From a virus: a stretch of 64,000 bases of DNA. A program made the translations under genes and the position numbers. Positions within the stretch are counted from its first letter, which is position 1. Every line of letters starts with the position of its first letter. Positions 18,031 to 28,135 of the stretch are shown piece by piece. Below the pieces are notes generated by a model that was not told the origin of the DNA, searched no databases, and was given only the letters and a program-made list of their open reading frames with translations. Location of the stretch: the UHGV virus genome UHGV-0294963; one strand, written 5' to 3'.

Positions 18031-20728
18031 GAACTTTATCAGTATCAAGCAAGCGTCTATCGACTTTGAGGAGCTGAATGACGGAGTATTTCTTATCTCA
18101 GGACCTACAGGTTCTGGTAAGTCATCGATGCTTGATGCAATCCACTGGGTACTGTTCGGCAAGACGCTGTCTTCCAACCGCGCAACGGTTACTAAAGAAA
18201 TCCGCAGTACATACGCACCAGCAAATGAGGATACCGTGGTTACTCTTACCTTCAATCAGGACAAGATTGATTATAAGGTAGTTCGCACACTCAAGAAAGA
18301 CGGCGGTACCGCTGTTCAGCTGTTCGCTCCTGGTATCATTTATGATAAGGTAAAGGAAGCGAATGAGCATCTGGAGAAGATTATCGGACTTACGGTTAAG
18401 CAGTTCGACCAGATGGTTATGCTAGAACAAGGTAACTTTTCTAAATTTCTACTTGCAGACTCTCGTACTCGTGCTGAGATTCTACGTGATATTTTTGATA
18501 CTCAACTATTCAAGGACATTGAATTAAGATTCAAAGATAGATGTGCTGATTTGAAGCAGACTATTCTTAATTCTACAGAGCTCGAGCAAAGTCTACTTCA
18601 AGGCGAGATGCTTGAAACTGTTCAGAGTCAGATTATGCTTACAGCTGAAACAATTCAAGAAGAGCAGGCTCGTCTTGATGAGCTGAAAGCAAGTCACAAA
18701 GCAGCCGAGGATATGCTACCAGACATGGTAGCATACGACCAGCAGTATGCTGTATATGCAAAAGCACAGAAGGAACTCGAACAGCTTGCAGCTCTCAAGT
18801 CAGAGGTTGAGGAGCTCTATAAAAAGCGAGACGTATATATGGCGTATGTCTCTGTTCTTGATTGGTATGCGTCTTACCATAAGACCAGGCAGGAGTATGA
18901 CAAGTGCGTAACTGATGAGGCTGATTATCAGAAGAGAATCGCCTCAGTGGTTGTCGATGAAGAACTTTCCGGTAAGGTTTCTGCATTACAAGCACGCCAA
19001 TCAGAACTGACAGCACAACTCGATGCGTTCGCTCAACTCGCTCGTCAGAAGGAGCAGCTTGATAGTTATTATCAGGAGATAGCTGGACTTGCTGATGAAA
19101 AGACCCACCTTGAAACCTGTCTGACCGCTGTTCAAGAAACCAAGGATAATCTTAAGATTAGGCTTGATACTCGACGTGACTTCGACCAGAAAAAGGCTGA
19201 GGTGATTGAGCGAGATAAAGCGAGAGCTCGTATGCAGCAAGACATTGAAGCTTTAGAAACGTTTATAGACAGTAATAAAGCAGTCTACTCAAAGCTACTA
19301 GCACGCAAACTTCTTGATATGAGTGAACCAGGTATTTGTCCCATCTGTGGTACTGTGTACACGGATGAGCACGTGTCGGTAGAAACCTCCGGTAGTAGCA
19401 TTGATTCTAAACAACGTGAATTGGAGACCAAGAAGAACCAGCTAGAAGGTCTCAGAGTTCAACTCGATAGTTTACCAGTGCTTCCGGAACCAGAGTGTAC
19501 TGAGGTAGCACCTTACAACGACCTTCTTACGCAGTGGAATACAACCGCAGCGAAATACAACGAAACACAATCTAAACTCTATGAGGTCGATAAGAAATTG
19601 GCAACATTAACCGGTGCCTCTGAAGCAGCTAAACGGGAGATTGCTAATATCGAATTGAAGGTAGCCAATCTAGTGGAAGTAGAACTTCAGCAAGAGCTTG
19701 ACCAGGTTAATGCTGAGTACAGCGAGCTCTGGGCTAAGGTTGATGATAACGAGATGGCTAAAAGAAGTCGCAACCTACTTGAAGGTTACCTCAGAAGTGT
19801 TCAAGATAAGATGAACACTCTTAAAGCTGAACTCGAGCGTCTGATGGCACTTCCTGAAGCTAAATCTGATGATGACGCAGAACTAAAAGCCGCTTTATCT
19901 TATGCAGACCGGGTAGACGATTATCGAGTTCATATCAATGATTATCTTTACAAAATTCAGCAATATGAAATGCTCAGAGATAATCTGCTATCTGTAGATG
20001 AACCTGTCAATCCACATCCTGGACATACTGCTGCGAGCGTCAGACAGCTAATCACAGATACAAATATCGGTATTGAAGAATCTGTCAGACGAATTGCAGA
20101 AGCACAGAATTCACTTGATGCCCGTAAAGAGTTGGTTAAGCGAGTATCTGATATCAGAGCTGAACGAGATAAAAATACCAAGGCTTATGACCAGCATATG
20201 TACCTTTATAACCTGTTATCTGGCAAGAACAGTTCTAAGATTTCATTCGAGACTTTTGTTCTGCACAGACAGCTTGAATGGATTCTGCAATCGAGTAATC
20301 AATATCTGCATACACTGTCGGCTGGTCAGTTCGAGCTTCAAGTTAAGTGGGAGTCATTGTCAGGTCGTACTCAAGGTGGTTTGGAAATTATGATTACAGA
20401 CCATTTCACAGGTAGCACTCGTCCCGCTCAGACATACTCAGGTGGTGAGCTATTTATGCTCAGCCTTAGTCTTAGCCTGGGATTGATGACTGCGATTGAC
20501 TCACTGTTCACTACAAGAGACTTGAACTTGCTGTTCGTAGATGAAGGATTCGGCACTCTTGATAGTGATTGCCTCAGTCGTACTCTTATGACACTTCGTG
20601 ACTTAAGAAATATCAAGAGTGTGGGAATAATATCACACGTTCAGGACCTCATCGACACGATACCGCAAGGATTCATAGTCGAGAAGACCGCAGCTGGTTC
20701 GAAGATAAAATTGTTCAAGAATATCTAG
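18005..20728 (+). CDS. sbcC: SbcC/Rad50-like ATPase
   Basis: Walker A GPTGSGKSS, long coiled coil, zinc-hook CPICG, signature YSGGE, Walker B LLFVDEGFGTLD. Confidence 0.85.
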   Translation: MRLLKLQIKNFISIKQASIDFEELNDGVFLISGPTGSGKSSMLDAIHWVLFGKTLSSNRATVTKEIRSTYAPANEDTVVTLTFNQDKIDYKVVRTLKKDGGTAVQLFAPGIIYDKVKEANEHLEKIIGLTVKQFDQMVMLEQGNFSKFLLADSRTRAEILRDIFDTQLFKDIELRFKDRCADLKQTILNSTELEQSLLQGEMLETVQSQIMLTAETIQEEQARLDELKASHKAAEDMLPDMVAYDQQYAVYAKAQKELEQLAALKSEVEELYKKRDVYMAYVSVLDWYASYHKTRQEYDKCVTDEADYQKRIASVVVDEELSGKVSALQARQSELTAQLDAFAQLARQKEQLDSYYQEIAGLADEKTHLETCLTAVQETKDNLKIRLDTRRDFDQKKAEVIERDKARARMQQDIEALETFIDSNKAVYSKLLARKLLDMSEPGICPICGTVYTDEHVSVETSGSSIDSKQRELETKKNQLEGLRVQLDSLPVLPEPECTEVAPYNDLLTQWNTTAAKYNETQSKLYEVDKKLATLTGASEAAKREIANIELKVANLVEVELQQELDQVNAEYSELWAKVDDNEMAKRSRNLLEGYLRSVQDKMNTLKAELERLMALPEAKSDDDAELKAALSYADRVDDYRVHINDYLYKIQQYEMLRDNLLSVDEPVNPHPGHTAASVRQLITDTNIGIEESVRRIAEAQNSLDARKELVKRVSDIRAERDKNTKAYDQHMYLYNLLSGKNSSKISFETFVLHRQLEWILQSSNQYLHTLSAGQFELQVKWESLSGRTQGGLEIMITDHFTGSTRPAQTYSGGELFMLSLSLSLGLMTAIDSLFTTRDLNLLFVDEGFGTLDSDCLSRTLMTLRDLRNIKSVGIISHVQDLIDTIPQGFIVEKTAAGSKIKLFKNI

Positions 20729-20738
20729 AAGAATAGCT

Positions 20739-20807
20739 GATACTGCTTAAATGCACGGGACTGCTTGTAAAGTTATACACGCAACTTCGTAGCATTTAAG
20801 CAGTATC
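20739..20807. repeat. IR-bracketed intergenic cassette copy B (16-bp arms gatactgcttaaatgc / gcatttaagcagtatc)
   Basis: perfect arms 20739-20754 and 20792-20807; core cttgtaaagttatacacgc. Confidence 0.7.
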
Positions 20808-20816
20808 GTGTATAAT
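20783..20816 (+). promoter_or_regulatory. promoter AACTTCGT-N18-TGTATAAT overlapping the right arm of cassette B
   Basis: motif family; upstream of the DNA polymerase gene. Confidence 0.55.
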
Positions 20817-20846
20817 ATGTATATAAAATAAGGAGGTAACCATTAG

Positions 20847-23150
20847 ATGCCAAGACGAAGAATTGGACTACCACAGCGAGATAATGCACCTGCCGCTCCT
20901 GTGGAAATTCCAAAATCATTACAAAAGAAATCCAAACCAGTTAAAGATATGGATTCTATCATCGCTCAAGCAAAAGCGATGTCCGAAAAATATGCAGGTC
21001 AATATGAATGCGTAACTGACAAGGATGTTCTTATCGACTATATCGACACCATCATCAAAGAAAGAAGAACAGGTCTTGATACCGAGACTACTGGACTGGA
21101 TATTTTCCATGATTCTGTAGTCGGTTTCTCACTCTATGCTCCGACAAAGAAAGCAATCTATGTACCGATGCTTCATCTGTCAAGATTCACAGGTAAGGTT
21201 GACCTTTCGCAGCTTTCAGTTGAATTCTGTAGTCAACAGTTAGCTCGTCTTAATGACGTTAAGGAGTTGACCATCGATTACTTTAACGCACCATTCGATA
21301 TGAATGTGATTTGGTATTCGATGGGTGTAAAGCTCTGGGATATCTGCTCGAACGATGCGTCGTTGATGATGCGTTTGCTGAACACCGAGCGTCACAGAAA
21401 CAACAACCTGAAGGACTTACACGCAGACTTCTGTTCACATACAACCAGAGGTCCTCGATTCAGTGAGTTGTTCCCTCCTGGAACATTCAATAGATGTCCT
21501 TATAAGTACACCAGCGCTTACGGTGCTCGAGATGCTGAGATGGCAAGTGAGCTTGTTGACTATGCTTACGGTGAACTAAGAAAGCCTGAGAATGCTGGTT
21601 TACTTAGAGTATGGGAAGATATTGAGCGCCCTCTCATCCCGGTACTTCTGCGTATGCGTGAGAAAGGTGTTCTTGTTGATGAGGCTAAGAGAGCTGAACT
21701 CATCGTCAAGTATCGCGAGAAGCTTGAGGAAGCAGAAAAAGATGTTATCCATGAGTATGAACCTTACATTCCCAAGATTAATCAGTGGAGAATGCGTTAC
21801 GGTAGAGCGAAGGGTAAGGTAATCGACATGCCAGTCAAAATAGGTTCTGAAGCTCAGCTGAAGATTCTTCTATTCGACATTATGGGATTGCCAAGACCTG
21901 AATCAGGTAAGGTTGATAAGAACGTTCTTAAAGACCTAGGAGTACCGATTGCTGGTGCAGTTCTGAGATACAGAGAAGCTAAGAAGCTACTGTCTACATA
22001 CCTTGAGGGTCTTGATAAGTTTATCCAGAAGGATGGTTGCGTTCACGGTGGTATTAAACAGCTTGGAGCTGATACAGGACGTACTTCAGCAGTAGACCCG
22101 AATATGCAGAACATCCCATCTCACAACAGAGAAATCAGAACGATGTACATTGCACGTCCCGGAAGGTATTTAATTTCATGTGACTATTCTGGTCAGGAAC
22201 CGCGTCTGACAGCTTCGTTGTCTAGGGACCCGAAAATGATTGAGACATATCAGAAGGGCCTTGACTTATATTCGATGATTGCTGCTGTTGCTTTCAACAC
22301 CACATATGAAGAGTGCCTTGAAAAGAGACCGAACGGTGAGCTGTACTTAGAAGGTAAGGAGCGTAGAGGACAAGCGAAGACGATAGTGTTGGGAATTTGT
22401 TATGGTCGACAAATTCCGTCTATCGCAGAGCAGCTGAAGTGTAGTGTAGACGAAGCTCAGCTTATCTACGATAAAGTTACCAAGAGTTTTCCGGGTCTTC
22501 TTCGAGCTCAAGATGAATCTGCTGAAATGGCTCATACCAAGGGTTATGTTGAAACACTCTGGGGCAGACGAAGACACTTGTCGGTTATGATGCACGACCC
22601 CTATGAATTCAGATATAAGGACGGGTGTAATCCGGATTTTGACCCGTTCGATTTAGATAACTGTAATGACACGAACGAGTTATCAGAAGCGACTAAGAAA
22701 AAGTATATCAAGGACCTGCTGGGGTTCAAGTACCGTCGTGACAAGAATGAGTATATCGAAGGGTTGAAAGCTCAAGGAATTGAGGTGTCTGACTATTCAT
22801 ATCAGATAAGTGAGCAGAGTAGAAAGTGCTTGAATGCCAGAATTCAAGGGTCGGCTGCTGATATGAGTAAGCTCGCAATGATTGCGATTGATAAAGATGA
22901 GCGGCTAAAGAAGCTCGACTGTTATCTACTTCTGATGATTCATGATGAGGTTATATGTGAATGCCCTATCGAAAACCACAAAGAAGCAATCACCTATATT
23001 AAAGAAGATATGGAAAAGGTAGCATCACATCTTCCGGTACCGTTTAAGTCAGACCCTGAAACAGCGGTGTGCTGGTATGGAGCTGAGGTTGATATAGATG
23101 AAGACGGTGAGCTTGAGGACGGAGGCGATGATGGTGAAGAGAGTGCATAA
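20847..23150 (+). CDS. family A DNA polymerase with 3'-5' exonuclease domain
   Basis: Exo I LDTETTGL; polymerase motifs RRGQAKTIVLGICYG and LLMIHDEVICE; aaggaggtaacc RBS. Confidence 0.85.
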   Translation: MPRRRIGLPQRDNAPAAPVEIPKSLQKKSKPVKDMDSIIAQAKAMSEKYAGQYECVTDKDVLIDYIDTIIKERRTGLDTETTGLDIFHDSVVGFSLYAPTKKAIYVPMLHLSRFTGKVDLSQLSVEFCSQQLARLNDVKELTIDYFNAPFDMNVIWYSMGVKLWDICSNDASLMMRLLNTERHRNNNLKDLHADFCSHTTRGPRFSELFPPGTFNRCPYKYTSAYGARDAEMASELVDYAYGELRKPENAGLLRVWEDIERPLIPVLLRMREKGVLVDEAKRAELIVKYREKLEEAEKDVIHEYEPYIPKINQWRMRYGRAKGKVIDMPVKIGSEAQLKILLFDIMGLPRPESGKVDKNVLKDLGVPIAGAVLRYREAKKLLSTYLEGLDKFIQKDGCVHGGIKQLGADTGRTSAVDPNMQNIPSHNREIRTMYIARPGRYLISCDYSGQEPRLTASLSRDPKMIETYQKGLDLYSMIAAVAFNTTYEECLEKRPNGELYLEGKERRGQAKTIVLGICYGRQIPSIAEQLKCSVDEAQLIYDKVTKSFPGLLRAQDESAEMAHTKGYVETLWGRRRHLSVMMHDPYEFRYKDGCNPDFDPFDLDNCNDTNELSEATKKKYIKDLLGFKYRRDKNEYIEGLKAQGIEVSDYSYQISEQSRKCLNARIQGSAADMSKLAMIAIDKDERLKKLDCYLLLMIHDEVICECPIENHKEAITYIKEDMEKVASHLPVPFKSDPETAVCWYGAEVDIDEDGELEDGGDDGEESA

Positions 23151-23751
23151 GGTGGATATCAGTAGCAATAGTGGTATAAACTCTGTATCCTTAACATTGA
23201 ATATGACATATTCAGATTTCAAGGCTTGGATGTTGGGTTTAGCAGCTATGGGTGATTTATCTAGATTAGCTACCAAGGAGGTTGAGGACGTGCTTATTCA
23301 CGTCCTCGCCACTATGGAAACCACACCTTGGTATCTGAAACACAAGGTGTGGAGAAGGATAAACGATGATGGGGTTCTGAAAGGATACGTAGCGGCTATA
23401 GATAACCTTAGGCTTAAGCAAAAACCAGAACTTATAGAAGCTTCGGTACAAATTGCACACCGAAGTGAGTGGTTAGCTAAGCTAGGTAAAGAGCGTGAAG
23501 AGAAATATAAAGCTAATCTAGAAAAGCAGATAGAAAATCTATGGCGGATAGGTATAGTCGAGGTGTGGTCTGAAGATTGGTTTGAAGATATCGAGGATTA
23601 TCTAGAGCACATTCAGCGTTTGGGATACCACGTTTTCTGGAGCCAAGCTCGCAGAAATAATCAAGGTATGACTCAGCAGGTCTATTACATAACACTCAAC
23701 CCACAGTTTCGGCATATGAGCGAATGGAAAAGGAGGAAAGATAATGGCTGA
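23128..23751 (+). CDS. hypothetical protein, paralog of 23744..24106
   Basis: WRIGIVEVWSEDWFEDIEDYLEHIQRLGYHVFW and RRNNQG blocks shared with the next gene; start reset to the internal ATG after a ggaggcg RBS. Confidence 0.45.
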   Translation: MMVKRVHKVDISSNSGINSVSLTLNMTYSDFKAWMLGLAAMGDLSRLATKEVEDVLIHVLATMETTPWYLKHKVWRRINDDGVLKGYVAAIDNLRLKQKPELIEASVQIAHRSEWLAKLGKEREEKYKANLEKQIENLWRIGIVEVWSEDWFEDIEDYLEHIQRLGYHVFWSQARRNNQGMTQQVYYITLNPQFRHMSEWKRRKDNG

Positions 23752-24106
23752 CTTTTATCAGAAAGGAGATTGTTTTCCTGAGCTAAAGACGGCGAGCGAA
23801 CAACGAGCTAACGGTGATGCGTGGCGAGAACAGTTACAAATTCAGATTTGGTGCCAGAAGCGTGACGAGATATACCTAGCCATCAATGAGCTATGGAAGA
23901 TTAAAGGTCTTGCTTGGGTAAATATCTGGGAAGAGCAGTGGTTTTCTGGTATTGAACAGTTCTTAAGTGACCTTCAGGAGATGGGTTATCATGTCTACAT
24001 TGGCGATTCAGGTCGCCCTAATAATCAAGGTAAGGTTCAGAAAAGATACTGCGTGTACCTAGAAGCCTTACCGGACACAGAGGAGTGGAGTATAGATGGA
24101 CAGTAG
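23744..24106 (+). CDS. hypothetical protein, paralog of 23128..23751
   Basis: WKIKGLAWVNIWEEQWFSGIEQFLSDLQEMGYHVYIG, RPNNQG. Confidence 0.45.
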   Translation: MADFYQKGDCFPELKTASEQRANGDAWREQLQIQIWCQKRDEIYLAINELWKIKGLAWVNIWEEQWFSGIEQFLSDLQEMGYHVYIGDSGRPNNQGKVQKRYCVYLEALPDTEEWSIDGQ

Positions 24107-24431
24107 AAACAATATAATGAATCGAGACTGGTCAAAAGAGTTCATTACCAAGATGGAAAAGGCTATCGAGACTTCTCACTATAAGTACGGTTGGATGTCT
24201 GATACCTATCCTGAGCTTGCTCAAGCAGCAAGGTGCATACAGGAGCGATTAGACCTCTATAACAAGACGCACAACCTAGATTATCTGGTAGATATCGCCA
24301 ATTTCGCAATGATTGAATACAAACACCCTTCTTATTCGGACGCAGCTTATACGCCACAGGACAGTGACAAATCACCAGGTCTTGCGGGAGGAATTTCACA
24401 TAAGGAGTTGATGGAGCAGTATGACCGTTGA
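24096..24431 (+). CDS. hypothetical protein
   Basis: ORF overlapping neighbours by 11 nt. Confidence 0.45.
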   Translation: MDSRNNIMNRDWSKEFITKMEKAIETSHYKYGWMSDTYPELAQAARCIQERLDLYNKTHNLDYLVDIANFAMIEYKHPSYSDAAYTPQDSDKSPGLAGGISHKELMEQYDR

Positions 24432-24714
24432 CGACAGACTAGCTAAGATTGGATTTAGTAAGGTGTATGAAGATGTTCGGCGTGTTCACTATGAGAGGTA
24501 TGACAAAGAGTATAGATATTATCACACGGTAGTGATAGAACGTCGAAGTGTCTGGAATGAATTCCGACTGCAGTCTTATGATGAGAACCTCATCGATAAT
24601 AAAAGCATTGGTAATACTAACGTGGCATTATCTACTGCCGAACTAAAGCTATTTCTTAAAAAGATGAAGCAGAAAGAGTACGAATATGTGAAACACAGAA
24701 TGATACGGATTTAA
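24421..24714 (+). CDS. hypothetical protein
   Basis: last gene of the + strand block. Confidence 0.45.
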   Translation: MTVDDRLAKIGFSKVYEDVRRVHYERYDKEYRYYHTVVIERRSVWNEFRLQSYDENLIDNKSIGNTNVALSTAELKLFLKKMKQKEYEYVKHRMIRI

Positions 24715-24728
24715 GCCACCAGAGAGAA

Positions 24729-24766
24729 ACACGGTAGTGTCGTTGTCGACACTACCGTGTTTTTAT
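24729..24766. terminator. bidirectional rho-independent terminator at the convergence point
   Basis: 14-bp stem acacggtagtgtcg / cgacactaccgtgt, followed by ttttatttg (+ strand) and preceded by aaa/tct (- strand). Confidence 0.65.
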
Positions 24767-24847
24767 TTGTAGTTATATGATACATAAATCACGTTGCTAC
24801 ACAACGCACGCTAATGATTTGCGTGTGGTTCACACGAATCACATAAA

Positions 24848-24893
24848 CTTATACATGATTTACTACCGTGTGGTATGCTTTAGCGTGCTACGT
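24848..24893 (+). promoter_or_regulatory. second copy of the conserved 40-nt block (gatttactaccgtgtggtatgctttagcgtgctacgtg)
   Basis: near-identical to 16065-16107; abuts the stop of the - strand gene 24897..27104. Confidence 0.4.
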
Positions 24894-24896
24894 GAT

Positions 24897-27104
24897 TTAA
24901 TTGAGCACTAAGAAGTGACCTGCACTGTTCTCAGCTTTGAATGCCTGAATATCAGCTACAGGCTTCCAGTCGATGAACGTACCGTCGTTTGCTAGAAGCA
25001 TTTGCATTAGAGTTTCCTTAGCGATGTCTTCAGAGTCTCCAGGAACGACAATCCCGTCAAAATTGTCTTCTGGGAGCATACACTCAGCGACAAAACCAGG
25101 GCCTTGTGCTTGAGTGTCTCTTAGGTCTTCATAACCGAGTCCATATGCAGCGAAGTCACCTTCCTCAAAAACTCGATTTGTGCCTGTATCTGCAGCTGCA
25201 GGTTCACCGACTATACCTACGCCGCCGAGTGCATTGCTGTTAAAGCTGAGTGATGAGTTAAGACCAGCAGCATCTTCTGATTTCTTCATATGTTCCTGTC
25301 TTTTCTTAAATGCTGCTTTGAGCTTGTCTAGAGCAGATGCTCCTTTGTTTGCGTCACAGCTGGTATCTGAATTAGCATGCTTAGATGCGTCTAGATTGTC
25401 TTCGTCACCGTGAAGCATATCGTAAGAAGCCGCTGCCTGCTTGATATAGTTGACAGCATCGCTGCCCTTCATTCTCTTATCCAAGCTGCCTGATTCGGTA
25501 CGGATAATGCTGTAATCCTTGAATAAGGTTACATAGACAGTTGCGTTTGCCAAGTCACCTGAGGCAATCATTTCATTATCATTGTATCCCGCAGGTGCTA
25601 CGAAAGCACCGATATCGCCGACTTTGACTTCAACGCTGGTAGTATCAGGATTCTTCTCAATTGCACGAGTAAGAGCAGCTTGGAGCGACTCGTCGGTGAG
25701 CTCATCGGTAAGCACTTCTGTAGTGTTTTCGTCAAGTGAGGCATCAAGGTCCTCCCAGTTGACATCTTTGTACTTTCTTGCGATGTACTTCTGGATGTCA
25801 GGTTTAACCTTCATCGCTTCTTTTCTTCCGATGTACTTATTGAGAAGCAGCCAGGTTACGATAGACGCATCCAGCTTATATGCTTCTTGAGGAGTGATGA
25901 GCTTCTGCTCGACCATAGGCTGAAGAAGTTTCGCATTTTTTCTGTAAGCATCGATAGGCTTAATTGTTCCTGCCTTGACGCCTTCCAGAATTGCGGCAGG
26001 GTCATCAGGAATATTCTCTGCAACGGAGTACAATCCTTTCTTAATTAGCTTATCCTTTAGTGCTGGGTCAACCTTAACAGCATAGTCAGGTGAAATATAA
26101 CCCTGTTGTACCAGCCAAAGAATCCTATCAGGAGCTCTACGTGCAACGATTTCTGGTGCAATCAAGCCCTTGGTGACAAGGTCTTTAGCAAGTGTCGGCT
26201 TAGCTTTGAGAACCTTTTCTGCATCGACATAACCCTTCGTGACCAAACGCATAACACCAGGTGTGCTCATACGGTCGAGGTCAGACTTTTTAAGTTCTGC
26301 GATGCCGTCTGCGAGGAAGTACTCATAGCAGCGAGCTGGAGGATTCTGCAGCATACTATCGACCATATCAGACAAAAGACCTGCAAGCCAGTAAGCTGTA
26401 TGCTGGTCTCTCTTGTTCGCATTGTCACCGTTTGCTGTATATCCATACATACCCTGCTCAACATCGATGAATCTTCCCGACCTATGGTAGATTAGATGAG
26501 CCTCAGAGTTAGGATTGTAGTTAGGTTCGAATGACCAATCATCTACACCGCTCTCATCAGTCTCAGCACCCACCTCAACCGTGAGTGAAGACTTGGCTAC
26601 CCACTGGGTAGTGCCGAGTTTTTGAGAAGTGTACATCAAGGTTGACAGAATTAGGTCATCACCTTTGTTCTCACGGAAGGCGGTATAACGGAATCCGGGA
26701 GGAAGGTCAACAGCTTCTTGTGCAGCTCTGAATACGTTCTTGACACGCACTGCTACACCAGGGTCAAGTGCAGAATTAAGCCCAGTGCTCTGACCTTTGA
26801 GTGAATTATAGAAAGCATCGATGCGTCTGCAGCACTCAAGATTGGTATCAAGCCAATCACCGAGGTCTTCTGCACACATATCAGGGCTTTCGATGTCATA
26901 CTGCGGAACATATGCAAATCCTTCTTCGGTAGCTTCACTATTCTCTGTCGGAGTATAAATCTCGACAGCAGTACCGTCAGGAAGATTGATTGTAAAGCCT
27001 ACCTTTGAGTCATCAATGATAGTACCTTCTGTTCTGCAGCAGTTGAGTGTTCGGGCATTTGCAATGCCCATCGTTTTGCACATTTCTGAAATAAATACGT
27101 TCAT
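24897..27104 (-). CDS. structural(?) protein with 7 tandem ~21-22-aa repeats (LVxKGxIxPxxAxKxxP)
   Basis: repeats VTKGYVDAEKVLKAKPT / LVTKGLIAPEIVARRAPDR / LVQQGYISPDYAVKVDPA / LIKKGLYSVAENIPDDPAA / VKAGTIKPIDAYRKNAKL / VEQKLITPQEAYKLDAS / LLNKYIGRKEAMKVKPD; aaggagg RBS. Confidence 0.5.
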   Translation of the reverse strand: MNVFISEMCKTMGIANARTLNCCRTEGTIIDDSKVGFTINLPDGTAVEIYTPTENSEATEEGFAYVPQYDIESPDMCAEDLGDWLDTNLECCRRIDAFYNSLKGQSTGLNSALDPGVAVRVKNVFRAAQEAVDLPPGFRYTAFRENKGDDLILSTLMYTSQKLGTTQWVAKSSLTVEVGAETDESGVDDWSFEPNYNPNSEAHLIYHRSGRFIDVEQGMYGYTANGDNANKRDQHTAYWLAGLLSDMVDSMLQNPPARCYEYFLADGIAELKKSDLDRMSTPGVMRLVTKGYVDAEKVLKAKPTLAKDLVTKGLIAPEIVARRAPDRILWLVQQGYISPDYAVKVDPALKDKLIKKGLYSVAENIPDDPAAILEGVKAGTIKPIDAYRKNAKLLQPMVEQKLITPQEAYKLDASIVTWLLLNKYIGRKEAMKVKPDIQKYIARKYKDVNWEDLDASLDENTTEVLTDELTDESLQAALTRAIEKNPDTTSVEVKVGDIGAFVAPAGYNDNEMIASGDLANATVYVTLFKDYSIIRTESGSLDKRMKGSDAVNYIKQAAASYDMLHGDEDNLDASKHANSDTSCDANKGASALDKLKAAFKKRQEHMKKSEDAAGLNSSLSFNSNALGGVGIVGEPAAADTGTNRVFEEGDFAAYGLGYEDLRDTQAQGPGFVAECMLPEDNFDGIVVPGDSEDIAKETLMQMLLANDGTFIDWKPVADIQAFKAENSAGHFLVLN

Positions 27105-27119
27105 GCTACTCTACCTCCT

Positions 27120-27668
27120 TTAAGACATAGGTCCCAGGTAAATTGCACGAGAAACTTCAAGTGTGCAGTTGAACTTGACAATGTCCGAAGACTTGTAGTC
27201 AGCATCGCCGAAACCTAGCGATGAAATCCAGACGCCTCTCCACTTCCAGATACGAGAGAAGTTAGGGTCTCCATCACCAGAATCACGAAGAACATAAGCG
27301 TCCTTCATATAGCGGCTTGGTCTTCCCACCTTTTCTGTAGCAGCGTCGAATACCTGCTGGTCAAGGTCAACCAAAGCCTGCTGGCTGTCCAATCCAACGT
27401 ATCCCTTGATAGTCCAAGATACGTTCTGGTATGTAGGCTTACCTGCAAACTTCAAGCTGTCATTGCCGTAGAAGTCTTCGATTACGCCGTAACCTTTCTT
27501 GAACTCACCCAGGGAGTCTGTAGATAGCGTCAAGATATCCGAAAATGAAGCAAGCTCAGAAGAGTTGACATTGTATAGTCTAATCTCGAACTTGTCTTTC
27601 AGATATGGCATATAGTCGTCCTGACCAATCATGTGGTCAGTGCCATAATACATTCTGTCCATCCACAT
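27120..27668 (-). CDS. putative tail tube protein
   Basis: 182-aa gene immediately downstream of the sheath candidate (apart from the HU insertion); size and position only. Confidence 0.4.
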   Translation of the reverse strand: MWMDRMYYGTDHMIGQDDYMPYLKDKFEIRLYNVNSSELASFSDILTLSTDSLGEFKKGYGVIEDFYGNDSLKFAGKPTYQNVSWTIKGYVGLDSQQALVDLDQQVFDAATEKVGRPSRYMKDAYVLRDSGDGDPNFSRIWKWRGVWISSLGFGDADYKSSDIVKFNCTLEVSRAIYLGPMS

Positions 27669-27703
27669 AGACTCGTCCTCCTTTTTAATTGATTTTAACT
27701 GTT

Positions 27704-27766
27704 CTGCTTAAATGCACGAAGGTACAGTGTATAAATTTACAGCCTAACCGACGCAGCATTTAAGCA
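27704..27766. repeat. IR-bracketed intergenic cassette copy C (arms tgcttaaatgc / gcatttaagca; core acagtgtataaatttacag)
   Basis: arms 27705-27715 and 27756-27766; right flank gcatttaagcaaaaccg identical to cassette F. Confidence 0.7.
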
Positions 27767-27778
27767 AAACCGCTGTGC

Positions 27779-28054
27779 TTACTTGTTCACACGCTCTTTG
27801 AGCTTGTAGCTTACCTTGAGCGCCGGTGCCTTGCTAGCATTGATGTCGATAGGCTGCTTTGTCTGAGGATTGATGCCCTTACGAGCTGCTCTCTCACGGA
27901 CTTCGAATGTACCGAAGGACTGAATGGTAACACTGTCACCCTGCTCAAGTGCTTCTGTGATTACATCGAACACACCGTCGATTGCTTTGTATGCCTGCTC
28001 ATTAGTGAAGCCTGCCTTTTCTTTGAGTTTGGAAACGAATTCCTGCTTATTCAT
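27779..28054 (-). CDS. HU/IHF-family histone-like DNA-binding protein
   Basis: FGTFEVRERAARKGINPQTKQPI..ASKAPA matches the HU beta-arm consensus ([22 protein letters not shown]), close to Bacillus HBsu; 91 aa. Confidence 0.85.
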   Translation of the reverse strand: MNKQEFVSKLKEKAGFTNEQAYKAIDGVFDVITEALEQGDSVTIQSFGTFEVRERAARKGINPQTKQPIDINASKAPALKVSYKLKERVNK

Positions 28055-28080
28055 AATATCTAACTCCTTTGTAATAGATT

Positions 28081-28135
28081 AGTGATGTGCGTCTGTAACG
28101 AACGCCCCACGTTCTAATATACAGACGCACATCAG
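28081..28135. repeat. perfect 15-bp inverted repeat (tgatgtgcgtctgta / tacagacgcacatca) with 25-nt loop
   Basis: seen directly between the sheath stop and the HU start; possible RNA stem-loop (processing or attenuation). Confidence 0.55.

Noticed and set aside
27720-27735. TATAAAT(T) strings in the cassette cores read as T4-type late promoters (TATAAATA)
   Set aside because: The motif is on the wrong strand for the downstream genes in cassettes C and F and is not invariant across copies. The shared element is better described as TGTAAA..TTATACAC. The T4-late analogy is kept only as a hypothesis.
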